Assembly (NCBI GenBank): GCA_023247235.1 | Contig: JAHFGW010000002.1 | Coordinates: 70,907 to 132,987 of the forward strand | Direction of reading: 5' to 3' | Length of the DNA: 62,081 bases | DNA from: Candidatus Omnitrophota bacterium | Lineage (GTDB): Bacteria > Omnitrophota > Gorgyraeia > Aquiviventales > Aquiviventaceae | Shown here: one piece after another, positions 24,874-33,328 of the stretch | Layout: each line of letters starts with the position of its first letter | How positions within the stretch are numbered: the stretch's first letter is position 1 | Position numbers and translations under genes: made by a program | The notes under the pieces: generated by a model | Database searches by the model: none | What the model was told of the DNA's origin: nothing | The model's input: the letters and a program-made list of their open reading frames with translations, nothing else

Positions 24874-26202
24874 ATGGACCTTAGTGTGGTCGGCGCCGGC
24901 CATGTCGGCCTGGTGACCGGGGCCTGCTTCGCGGACCTGGGGCACCGGGTGGTCATGGTGGACAACGATGCCAAGCGGATCGCGGGGCTCAAGCGCGGCG
25001 TCATGCCGTACTACGAGCCGGGCTTGGAAGAGCTGGTGGCGCGCGGGACGCGAGAGAGGCGCCTCACGTTCACGACCTCGCTGCGAGAAGGGGTCGCCTC
25101 CTCCACGATCCTCTTCATCGCCGTGGGCACTCCGCAAAAAGCGACCGGAGAGGCGGATCTCGCCTACGTCGAGCACGTCGCCCGATCGATCGCCCAGTGC
25201 CTGCCCGCCTACCGGCTAGTCGTGGAGAAGTCCACGGTGCCGGTCCAAACCGGCAAGTGGATCGAGCACACCATTCGCACCTACCTGCGGCGCAAGCTGC
25301 CCTTCGACGTGGCCTCCAACCCCGAATTCCTTCGCGAGGGCACCGCGATCCAGGATTTCATGAAGCCGGATCGCATCGTGCTCGGCGTCGAGAGCAAGCG
25401 GGCCAAGGACCTGCTCGTCGAGCTGTACAAGCCGCTGGGCGCGCCGCTGGTCATCACCGATATCAACAGCGCCGAGCTCATCAAGCACGCCTCCAACTCG
25501 TTTCTGTCCATGAAGATCTCGTTCATCAACGCGGTCGCGCAGATCTGCGAGCGCGCCGGCGCCGACGTGGAGCAGGTCGCCGAAGGCATGGGACTGGATC
25601 CGCGCATCGGCCGCCCGTTTCTCAATGCGGGGACCGGGTTCGGCGGGTTCTGCTTCCCGAAGGATCTGGAGGCGTTCATCAAGATCGCCGAGCAGCTCGG
25701 CTATGACTTCGAGCTGCTGCGGGCCGTGCGGACGATCAACGAGCAACAGAAGCGCGGCTTCGCCGCGAAAGTGCAGCAGGCCCTGTGGGTCGTCAAAGGC
25801 AAGACGATCGGCGTGCTGGGCCTGGCCTTCAAGCCGAATACCGATGACATGCGCTACGCGCCCGCCATCGACGTGATTGAAGCCTTGCAGGCGGAGGGCG
25901 CGGTGGTCAAGGCGTTCGACCCCCAAGCCATGCGCGAGGCGGCCCGCCTACTGCCGAAGGTCAAGCTCTGCAAGGACCCCTACGAGGCGGCTCGTGGGGC
26001 CGACTGCCTGGCCATCCTTACGGAGTGGAACGAGTTCAAGGAGCTGGACTTCAAGCGCCTGAAGAAGCTGCTCCGGCAGCCGCTCATCATCGACGGACGG
26101 AATCTCTACGACCCTGCACGGATGAAAGCCCTGGGTTTTCGCTACATCGGCGTCGGGCGCGGCCGAGTCCCCCTGCCCATGCGGGGTGGCGCGGCGGACT
26201 GA
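24874..26202 (+). CDS. ugd: UDP-glucose 6-dehydrogenase
   Basis: GAGHVGLVTGACFADLG Rossmann fold and the catalytic Cys motif GFGGFCFPKD. Confidence 0.9.
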   Translation: MDLSVVGAGHVGLVTGACFADLGHRVVMVDNDAKRIAGLKRGVMPYYEPGLEELVARGTRERRLTFTTSLREGVASSTILFIAVGTPQKATGEADLAYVEHVARSIAQCLPAYRLVVEKSTVPVQTGKWIEHTIRTYLRRKLPFDVASNPEFLREGTAIQDFMKPDRIVLGVESKRAKDLLVELYKPLGAPLVITDINSAELIKHASNSFLSMKISFINAVAQICERAGADVEQVAEGMGLDPRIGRPFLNAGTGFGGFCFPKDLEAFIKIAEQLGYDFELLRAVRTINEQQKRGFAAKVQQALWVVKGKTIGVLGLAFKPNTDDMRYAPAIDVIEALQAEGAVVKAFDPQAMREAARLLPKVKLCKDPYEAARGADCLAILTEWNEFKELDFKRLKKLLRQPLIIDGRNLYDPARMKALGFRYIGVGRGRVPLPMRGGAAD

Positions 26203-26216
26203 CGGCGGGGCTCGCC

Positions 26217-27125
26217 GTGAACGTGCTCGTCACTGGCTCTACAGGGCTCCTGGGCCAGGCCGTGTGCCGGCAGTTCAGCCGGGCGCATGTCGTCACGGGC
26301 CTCTCGCGGCACGCGCCACCGGTGCCGGGCGCAGGCCAGCATGTGGTGTGCGATTTGACCAATCCTCAGCGCGTGCGCCAGGCGCTGGACGCCGCGCGCC
26401 CGCAGTGGGTCATCCACTGCCAGGCCGAGTCGAATGTGGACCGATGCGAGCAAGACCCCTCGGCCGCCTGGGCGCATAATGTCGAGGCGACGGGCCACTT
26501 GCGCTCGGTGCTGGAAGCCCTTGGGGGAGAGCTGCCGGTGCTGATTCAGCTCAGCACCGATTACGTCTTCAGCGGCACGAAGGACGCGCCCTACGCCGAG
26601 GACGATCCGCCGGATCCGATCAGCGTCTATGGCCGGTCCAAGGCTGAGGCGGAACGGCAGGCGCTGGCCTATGAGCGCGCCGCCGTGGTGCGGCCGAGCA
26701 CGCTCTTTGGGCCTGGCCGCATGAATTTCTGCGACCACGTCCTGCAGCAGCTGGCAGGCGGCCAGCCGGTCGAGGCGTTCGAGGATCAGGTCACGTCGCC
26801 AACGTACACCGAGGAGCTGGCGGCCGCGCTTGAGGAATTCGCGGCAGCCGTGTGGGCGAGCCGCCAGGACCGCTGGCCTCGGATCGTCCACGCGGTCAAT
26901 GCGGGTTCGTGCAGCCGCGTGGCCTTCGCCCGGAAGATCGCGCAATTGGTCGGCGCGCCGCCTGAGCTGATTCGGCCCATTCCGATGGCGGCGCAGCGAC
27001 GGCCCGCGGCTCGGCCCGCGCACGCGGTGCTCGAGGTCAAGCGTCTGCCGCAAGTTATCGGGCACGCCTTGCGGCCCTGGGAAGAAGCGTTGGCAGCCTA
27101 TGTGAGGACGGCATGGCAGCATTGA
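26217..27125 (+). CDS. RmlD-family (dTDP-4-dehydrorhamnose reductase-like) NAD(P)-dependent reductase
   Basis: GTG 26217 gives VNVLVTGSTGLLGQ. STDYVFSG and YGRSKAEAE (YxxxK) are present. Confidence 0.8.
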   Translation: MNVLVTGSTGLLGQAVCRQFSRAHVVTGLSRHAPPVPGAGQHVVCDLTNPQRVRQALDAARPQWVIHCQAESNVDRCEQDPSAAWAHNVEATGHLRSVLEALGGELPVLIQLSTDYVFSGTKDAPYAEDDPPDPISVYGRSKAEAERQALAYERAAVVRPSTLFGPGRMNFCDHVLQQLAGGQPVEAFEDQVTSPTYTEELAAALEEFAAAVWASRQDRWPRIVHAVNAGSCSRVAFARKIAQLVGAPPELIRPIPMAAQRRPAARPAHAVLEVKRLPQVIGHALRPWEEALAAYVRTAWQH

Positions 27126-28426
27126 CTCAACTCGCCAAGCGAATCGCCAAGCGGAGCGCCCGCGTGGGCGTCATTGGCCTGGGGTATGTGGGCCTTCCGC
27201 TGGCGGTGGAATTCGCCAAGGAAGGCTTTCGAGTCACCGGCATTGATCTGGACCCTCGCCGAGTGAAGGGCGTCACGCGTGCCCGCTCCTACATCCTGGA
27301 CGTCTCCAGTGCGGACCTGCGCCAGCTGCGCCGCAGCGGCCGGCTGCGCGCCACCTCCTCGTTCGACGCGCTGCGCCAGCAGGACGCGATCATCATTTGC
27401 GTGCCGACGCCGCTGCGCAAGACCCGCGAACCGGACATGCAGTACATCGTGTCCGCCACCCAGGAGATCGCCAAGCGCGTGCGGCGAGGCCAGCTCATCG
27501 TGCTGGAAAGCACCACCTACCCGGGTACGACGGACGAAGTCATCCTGCCGGCGCTCACCGCGCGGGGTCTGAAGGTCGGGCGCGATTTCTGCCTCGCGTT
27601 CTCGCCGGAGCGCATCGACCCGGGCAATCCGACCCATACCACCCGGACCATTCCCAAGGTGATCGGGGGCCTCACGCCGCGCTGCACGCAGTTGGCGATG
27701 GCACTGTACGGCTCGGCGATCCACCGGACGGTCCCGGTCTCCTCCGCGAAGGTCGCGGAGATGGTCAAGCTGCTGGAGAACACGTTTCGCGCCGTCAACA
27801 TCGGCCTGGTGAACGAAATCGCGCTGATCTGCGACCGGCTCGGCATTGATGTGTGGGAAGTCATCGAGGCCGCCAGGACCAAGCCATTTGGGTTCATGGC
27901 CTTCTACCCGGGGCCGGGCATCGGCGGACACTGCATCCCGTCCGACCCGATGTATCTGGCGTGGAAGGTGCGCGTGCATGGCTACGAGGCGCGCTTTATC
28001 GAACTGGCGACCCAGATCAACAGCTCGATGCCGGAGCATGTGGTCAACAAAGTCGCGCAGGTCTTAAACGACCGGCGCAAAGCGCTGCGCGGCTCGCGCG
28101 TGCTGCTGCTGGGCCTGGCGTACAAGAAGGATGTGGGCGACGTGCGCGACTCGCCGGCGTTTGACATTGCGCGGCTGCTGGAGGAGCGCGGGGCCGACCT
28201 CCTGTACCACGATCCGTTCGTGCCCTCGGCCGAGCTCAACGGCACGGTGCGCCGCTCCATCGCGCTCACCGCCTCGGCGCTGCGCCAGACGGATTGCGTC
28301 GTGGTTGTCACCAACCATTCCAACGTGGACTACGGGTTCGTCCTGCGGCATGCGCCGGTGATCGTGGACACGCGCAATCAATACGCGGGCCCCCCGCGGC
28401 GCTCGCGGCGCGTTGTCAAGCTGTGA
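27113..28426 (+). CDS. UDP-N-acetyl-hexosamine 6-dehydrogenase family (WbpA/WecC/TviB-like)
   Basis: VGVIGLGYVGLPLA Rossmann fold and the catalytic Cys motif GIGGHCIPSDP. Confidence 0.85.
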   Translation: MAALTQLAKRIAKRSARVGVIGLGYVGLPLAVEFAKEGFRVTGIDLDPRRVKGVTRARSYILDVSSADLRQLRRSGRLRATSSFDALRQQDAIIICVPTPLRKTREPDMQYIVSATQEIAKRVRRGQLIVLESTTYPGTTDEVILPALTARGLKVGRDFCLAFSPERIDPGNPTHTTRTIPKVIGGLTPRCTQLAMALYGSAIHRTVPVSSAKVAEMVKLLENTFRAVNIGLVNEIALICDRLGIDVWEVIEAARTKPFGFMAFYPGPGIGGHCIPSDPMYLAWKVRVHGYEARFIELATQINSSMPEHVVNKVAQVLNDRRKALRGSRVLLLGLAYKKDVGDVRDSPAFDIARLLEERGADLLYHDPFVPSAELNGTVRRSIALTASALRQTDCVVVVTNHSNVDYGFVLRHAPVIVDTRNQYAGPPRRSRRVVKL

Positions 28427-28432
28427 GGTGGC

Positions 28433-28645
28433 ATGGCGACGCGGGCCCGCACACGAGCGAACAAGCGACCGGCGCTGCCACCGCTGTGGTGTTGCTTCTG
28501 CGGGACGCGTCTGCGCGTCGCCTCAGGCAGACTTCGCTGCCGCCGATGCCGCGCCGTCCTCACCGTGACGCAAGATCGAACAGGCTGCGTGGCCAGCCTG
28601 CGTATCCTGAACTGCGGTACGCCGACCTGTTGCCAATGTGCGTAA
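28433..28645 (+). CDS. Hypothetical Cys-rich small protein (zinc-ribbon-like)
   Basis: GAGGTGG SD immediately upstream. CCFC-x12-CRRC followed by 5 more Cys (..NCGTPTCCQCA). Third codon positions are mostly G/C. No family recognised. Confidence 0.4.
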   Translation: MATRARTRANKRPALPPLWCCFCGTRLRVASGRLRCRRCRAVLTVTQDRTGCVASLRILNCGTPTCCQCA

Positions 28646-28664
28646 GAGGCGCAAGGAGGATCTG

Positions 28665-28757
28665 ATGCGAGAGCTTGTCACCGGGGGCGCCAGGTTCACC
28701 TCGCCCCTCCCCCAAGCCAACGAGCCGGCTTCTCATACTAGCGAGGTTCGATCATGA
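28665..28757 (+). CDS. 30-codon upstream ORF (remnant of an SDR 5' end / possible leader peptide)
   Basis: AAGGAGG (28653-28659) lies 5 nt before the ATG. It encodes MRELVTGGARF.., echoing MKILVTGGAGF of the next gene. Its TGA overlaps that gene's ATG (ATGA). Confidence 0.45.
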   Translation: MRELVTGGARFTSPLPQANEPASHTSEVRS

Positions 28758-29698
28758 AGATCCTTGTGACAGGAGGGGCGGGCTTCATCGGCTCGCACGT
28801 GGTGGATCGGCTCGTCGCGGAGGGCCACCAGGTGCGCGTGCTCGACGATCTGTCGACCGGACGACTCGAAAACCTCGCTGGGGTGCGCGACCGGATTGAA
28901 TTTGTCCAAGGGGACATCCGCGAGCGGAATGCGGTGACCAAGGCCTGCCAGGGGGTCGAGGCGATCATTCATGAGGCGGCCTGGCGCAGTGTGCCGAAAT
29001 CCATGGCCGATCCGTACGGGTATGTCGAGGTGAACGTCTTGGCCACCGCGGGACTCTTGGAGGCCGCGGCCAAGGCCAAGGTCAAACGATTCGTGTTCGT
29101 CTCCTCCAGCTCCGTCTACGGCGAGACGACGAAGGTGCCGATGCGCGAAGACGACCTGACGGCCCCGGTTTCGCCCTATGCGGCTTCGAAACTCGCGGGC
29201 GAGCTACTCTGCGGGCTGTTTTCCCGTTCCTTCGGTTTGGAAACGGTCTCGGTGCGCTACTTCAACGTGTTCGGCCCCCGCCAGAGCCTTGAGAACGAGT
29301 ATGCCGTGGTTGTTCCAAAGTTCGTCATGTGCCTGCTTCGGCGGGAGTCGCCGCCGGTCTATGGCGACGGGAAGCAATCCCGCGATTTCACCTACATTGA
29401 CAACGTCGCCGAAGCCACCATCCTCGCCTCTCAGCGTCCGAAGGTGAATGGCGAGGTGCTGAACGTGGCGCTGGGGGAAGAGCACAGCGTGCTCGAGCTT
29501 CTGGAGGAACTCAACCGCATCTTGGGCCTGTCGGTCAAGCCGGCCTTTCAGCCCCCGCGGCCCGGGGACGTTCTGCGGACCTTCGCGGACGCCTCCAGGG
29601 CCAAGCGGGTCCTCAACTGGACCGGGCGCGTCAATTTTTCCGAGGGGCTTAAGCGAACCGCGGAGTGGTTTAAGGCGAATCCGCCCAAACCCACATGA
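28754..29698 (+). CDS. NAD-dependent sugar-nucleotide 4-epimerase (WbpP/TviC-like SDR)
   Basis: [22 protein letters not shown] and YAASKLAGE (YxxxK). Confidence 0.85.
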   Translation: MKILVTGGAGFIGSHVVDRLVAEGHQVRVLDDLSTGRLENLAGVRDRIEFVQGDIRERNAVTKACQGVEAIIHEAAWRSVPKSMADPYGYVEVNVLATAGLLEAAAKAKVKRFVFVSSSSVYGETTKVPMREDDLTAPVSPYAASKLAGELLCGLFSRSFGLETVSVRYFNVFGPRQSLENEYAVVVPKFVMCLLRRESPPVYGDGKQSRDFTYIDNVAEATILASQRPKVNGEVLNVALGEEHSVLELLEELNRILGLSVKPAFQPPRPGDVLRTFADASRAKRVLNWTGRVNFSEGLKRTAEWFKANPPKPT

Positions 29699-29735
29699 AT
29701 ATTGGGACAGGTTGACCGCGGGATCTAGGTGAAGC

Positions 29736-31034
29736 ATGGGGATGTTTCGAAATAAATCGAAGCGTCCCCTTTTTTCGCCACTATCCATGACGTACGATTT
29801 GGTCGTGGTCGGCGGAGGCATTGTGGGGCTGGCCACCGCGATGGAGCTGCTCGGTCGATGGCCACCCCTCCGTCTCCTCCTGCTTGAGAAAGAGCCACAG
29901 CTCGCCTCCCACCAGACGTCCCACAATAGCGGCGTCCTCCATTCCGGCATCTACTACCGCCCGGGTTCGCTGAAGGCCCGCACCTGCGTGGCCGGCGCGA
30001 AGCTCATGGTGGAATTCTGTCGGGCGCATGGGATTCCCCATGAACTCTGCGGGAAGGTGATCGTCGCGACCGACGAGGCCGAACTGCCGCGATTGCGCAG
30101 CCTCCTGGAGCGGGGCATCGCCAACGGGGTGGCGGGGTTGTCGATGCTGGGCCCTGAAGGGCTCAGAGAACTGGAGCCGCACGCCCGCGGCATTGCCGCC
30201 CTGCACGTACCGGGCGCGGGCCTGGTGAACTACCGCGCAGTGGCGGAGGCGATGGCGGAGCTCGTGCGCCGGCGCGGCGGCCAGATCCACACCGGCGCGC
30301 GGGTGACCCGCCTGGCGCGCCAGCCGGGCGCATGGCGGATCGAGACCACCGCCGGGGAGATGGCGGCCCCCCACCTCATTCACTGCGCAGGGCTGCAGGC
30401 CGATCGGCTCACCGTGATGGCGGGCGGCCCCCGCGATGTCCGGATCATCCCATTCCGAGGCGAATATTTCGAGCTGATCCCCTCGCGCCGCGGCCTGGTC
30501 CGCAACATGATCTACCCTGTGCCGGACCCGGCGTTGCCGTTTTTGGGGGTGCACTTCACGCGGGCGATCGATGGCAGCATCCACGCCGGGCCGAACGCGG
30601 TCCTGGCGTTAAAACGAGAAGGCTACAGGAAACAGGACATCAGCGCGGCCGACCTGGGGAGCCTCCTGACGCACCCGGGCTTCTGGCGCATGACCCGCCG
30701 GTTCTGGAGGACCGGGATGGCCGAGCTGCATCGCTCATTGAGCAAGCCCGCCTTTGTTCGGTCGCTGCAGCGCCTGGTGCCGGAGGTGCGCGCGGAGGAC
30801 CTGGTCCCGGCGCCCGGCGGCGTGCGTGCCCAAGCCGTCAATCTCGAGGGGGCGCTGGTGGATGATTTCGATCTCCTGGCCGGCCAGGACGCCATCCATG
30901 TCCGCAATGTGCCCTCGCCGGCCGCGACCGCCTCCATTCGAATCGGCCAGATGATCGCCGACTTGGCCGGATCCGCCTTCGCGCTCGCCCCTCCGGCCCT
31001 AGCCGAATTGCCTTCCGCGACCCACGCGCAGTAA
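29736..31034 (+). CDS. lhgO: L-2-hydroxyglutarate oxidase-like FAD oxidoreductase (start may be ATG 29787)
   Basis: YDLVVVGGGIVGLA..LLEKE..SHQTSHNSGVLHSGIYYRPGSLKA closely parallels the E. coli LhgO/YgaF N-terminus. Confidence 0.8.
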   Translation: MGMFRNKSKRPLFSPLSMTYDLVVVGGGIVGLATAMELLGRWPPLRLLLLEKEPQLASHQTSHNSGVLHSGIYYRPGSLKARTCVAGAKLMVEFCRAHGIPHELCGKVIVATDEAELPRLRSLLERGIANGVAGLSMLGPEGLRELEPHARGIAALHVPGAGLVNYRAVAEAMAELVRRRGGQIHTGARVTRLARQPGAWRIETTAGEMAAPHLIHCAGLQADRLTVMAGGPRDVRIIPFRGEYFELIPSRRGLVRNMIYPVPDPALPFLGVHFTRAIDGSIHAGPNAVLALKREGYRKQDISAADLGSLLTHPGFWRMTRRFWRTGMAELHRSLSKPAFVRSLQRLVPEVRAEDLVPAPGGVRAQAVNLEGALVDDFDLLAGQDAIHVRNVPSPAATASIRIGQMIADLAGSAFALAPPALAELPSATHAQ

Positions 31035-31035
31035 T

Positions 31036-31052
31036 CGTTCACGGCCAGAACG
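31036..31052 (+). promoter_or_regulatory. Palindrome CGTTC-N7-GAACG upstream of the LexA-like gene promoter (candidate operator)
   Basis: Read directly. It lies 16 nt upstream of the -35 element. The half-sites resemble GAAC/GTTC-type SOS boxes, but the spacing differs from known consensus sites. Confidence 0.25.
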
Positions 31053-31067
31053 CGTCAAAAAAATTGC

Positions 31068-31095
31068 TTGACCGGCCTATCAACTATGGTAAGAT
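31068..31095 (+). promoter_or_regulatory. Candidate promoter with extended -10
   Basis: TTGACC (31068-31073), a 16-nt spacer, then TGgTAAGAT (31087-31095). Confidence 0.5.
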
Positions 31096-31149
31096 TTTTG
31101 ACAAGCAGTACGCTTCCATTACGCGCCGTTTATAACCTCGGAGTTCGCT

Positions 31150-31452
31150 CTGGCCAAGCGGTCCCTCACCAGCAAGCAGCAGGCGGTCTGCGACTTCATC
31201 CTGCGCTATGTCAGCGAGCATGGGCAGGCCCCGCTCATCCGAGAAGTCCAGGCCGGCTGCCAGATCGCCTCGTATAAATCCGCCCTCGATCGTCTCAACG
31301 CCCTCGAGCGCAAAGGCTTCATCAAGCGCCTCCCCAACAAACACCGTGGCATCAAGATTCTGCGGCGGGCCCCAACGGCCGGCCGGACCGAACCCACGAT
31401 GAAACCCAATGAACCCTCGCTGGAGGGTGCCGGTGAGCAGGTGGCAGGGTGA
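31150..31452 (+). CDS. LexA N-terminal DNA-binding domain-only protein, probable CTG start
   Basis: LTSKQQAVCDFILRYVSEHGQAPLIREV..ALERKGFIKR..HRGIKIL aligns with E. coli LexA residues ~4-70. There is no S24 peptidase part. No in-frame ATG/GTG/TTG occurs before codon ~85. GGAG lies 6 nt before CTG 31150. Confidence 0.6.
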   Translation: MAKRSLTSKQQAVCDFILRYVSEHGQAPLIREVQAGCQIASYKSALDRLNALERKGFIKRLPNKHRGIKILRRAPTAGRTEPTMKPNEPSLEGAGEQVAG

Positions 31453-31601
31453 TCCCACCACCTGCGGCGTGCGGTGCCGCATCGAATCATGATCACAGGC
31501 GTCAGCGGTGCCGCGGCACCGCAGCAGCCGGCTGCGAACACGTCAGAATCCACACAGCCGGCTGGGGCCCGCGCACCGCGGGCCTGCCGCAGGTGGTGGG
31601 A
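31453..31601 (+). promoter_or_regulatory. Long-range 15-bp inverted repeat pairing an anti-SD-like arm with the uxs ribosome-binding site
   Basis: tcccaccacctgcgg (31453-31467, directly after the upstream TGA) is the exact complement of ccgcaggtggtggga (31587-31601, covering the SD and the A of the ATG). The interior carries palindromes gcggtgcc-gc-ggcaccgc and 2 x cagccggctg. Confidence 0.6.
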
Positions 31602-32548
31602 TGAACGTCGTCGTGACCGGCGGGGCGGGGTTCATCGGCTCGCACCTGTGCGATCGGTTCCTCGCCGAGGGACATGCGGTCGTCTGCGTAGACAACCTGA
31701 TTACCGGCAGCGAAGCCAACATCGCCCACCTGCGCTCCCATCCCCAGTTCCGGCTCATCAGCCATGACATCACGAAACCGCTCGAGTTGGAGGGCACGGT
31801 CCATCGCATCCTCCATTTCGCGTCGCCCGCCAGCCCGATTGACTACCTGAAGCTGCCGATCCAAACCTTGAAGGTGGGCTCGTTGGGGACGCTGAACGCC
31901 CTGGGCATCGCCAAAGCCAAGAACGCCCGGTTCCTGCTCGCCTCAACCTCGGAAGTGTACGGCGACCCCCAAGTCCATCCGCAGGTCGAGAGCTACTGGG
32001 GCCACGTAAATCCCATTGGCCCCCGCGGCGTGTATGACGAAGCCAAGCGCTTTGCGGAAGCCATGACGATGGCCTACTACCGTGCGCACGGCGTCCAGAC
32101 GCGCATCGTGCGGATCTTCAACACCTACGGCCCGCGCATGCGCGCCCAGGACGGCCGAGCGATTCCCGCCTTCCTCACCCAGGCGCTCGCCGGCGAGCCG
32201 CTGACCGCGTTTGGGTCCGGCAACCAGACGCGGTCGTTTTGCTACATCGACGATCTGATCGAAGGCATCATGCGGCTCATCGAGTCCGACTATCATGACC
32301 CTGTCAACCTCGGCAATCCCGGCGAGTACACCATCCTGCAGCTGGCGAAGCGGATCATCGACTTGACCCGGAGCACGAGCCAGGTCGAGTTCCGGCCGCT
32401 GCCTCAGGACGACCCCAAACAACGCTGCCCGGACATCACCGTCGCGCGGCAGACGTTTGGTTGGCAACCGCAAGTCGATTTGGACACGGGGCTGCAGCGG
32501 ACGATCGACTGGTTCCGGCAGCAACGTCCTGTCTCAACACGCCGTTGA
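31601..32548 (+). CDS. uxs: UDP-glucuronate decarboxylase (UDP-xylose synthase)
   Basis: [52 protein letters not shown] is the hallmark UXS block. Confidence 0.9.
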   Translation: MNVVVTGGAGFIGSHLCDRFLAEGHAVVCVDNLITGSEANIAHLRSHPQFRLISHDITKPLELEGTVHRILHFASPASPIDYLKLPIQTLKVGSLGTLNALGIAKAKNARFLLASTSEVYGDPQVHPQVESYWGHVNPIGPRGVYDEAKRFAEAMTMAYYRAHGVQTRIVRIFNTYGPRMRAQDGRAIPAFLTQALAGEPLTAFGSGNQTRSFCYIDDLIEGIMRLIESDYHDPVNLGNPGEYTILQLAKRIIDLTRSTSQVEFRPLPQDDPKQRCPDITVARQTFGWQPQVDLDTGLQRTIDWFRQQRPVSTRR

Positions 32549-32629
32549 GGGATTCCGAGTGATGGCTTCAAGGAATCGTGGCATCGGGAGGCGCGTGTTC
32601 AGTCGATGAACGGTGCAGAGGACTAGACG

Positions 32630-33325
32630 ATGGACGCCAAGACGTATCGCGACATGCACCTCTTGAACGAGTTGACGCAGACGCCCGCCACGACGCAGCG
32701 CGAACTGTCCAAGCGGATTGGCGTCGCCCTCGGCCTCACGAATCTCATGCTCCGTCGGCTCGTCACCAAAGGCTATGTCAAGATCACCGGCGCGAAACGC
32801 AATCGCATCCGCTACCTCATCACGCCTCAAGGCATCCTGGAAAAGACCCGCCTCACGTACGAGTTTATCGAGTACTCCCTCCAACTCTACAGCGGGGTCC
32901 GACGCTTCCTGCAGGGGCAGCTCGTCGCGCTGGCTCAGACCGGGCAGCGCCGGGTCCTCTTGGTCGGCACCGGCGAGCTGGCGGAGATTGCGTTTCTGGC
33001 GGTGCGGGAGATTGGGCTGGAGCTGGTCGGCATCGTCGAGCTGGAGCCGGCCTGCGATCAGTTCCTGGGCTATCCGGTGGGCCGGCTCAACGACGTGCCG
33101 GAAACCAGCTACGACCGGGTGATCCTGTGCTCGCTGCCGGGCGGCGGAACCGGCGTGAGCGCCTTGCTGGCACTGGGCGTGTCCGTCGAGCGGATCATTC
33201 TCCTGCCGGTTCCCGGCATGGTCGCGACGTGGCCGCAGGGGCCGGCGGTCATCGGGGCCGAAGCGTCCGGCGCGCGGAAGCTGCCCGAAGCAGCCTCGTC
33301 GGCCGAGCCGGTCAACGTGGGGTGA
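32630..33325 (+). CDS. MarR-type winged-helix regulator fused to a Rossmann-like domain
   Basis: N-terminus LNELTQTPATTQRELSKRIGVALGLTNLMLRRLVTKGYV (wHTH). C-terminus RRVLLVGTGELAEIAFLA (GxGxxA). Confidence 0.7.
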   Translation: MDAKTYRDMHLLNELTQTPATTQRELSKRIGVALGLTNLMLRRLVTKGYVKITGAKRNRIRYLITPQGILEKTRLTYEFIEYSLQLYSGVRRFLQGQLVALAQTGQRRVLLVGTGELAEIAFLAVREIGLELVGIVELEPACDQFLGYPVGRLNDVPETSYDRVILCSLPGGGTGVSALLALGVSVERIILLPVPGMVATWPQGPAVIGAEASGARKLPEAASSAEPVNVG

Positions 33326-33328
33326 GCG

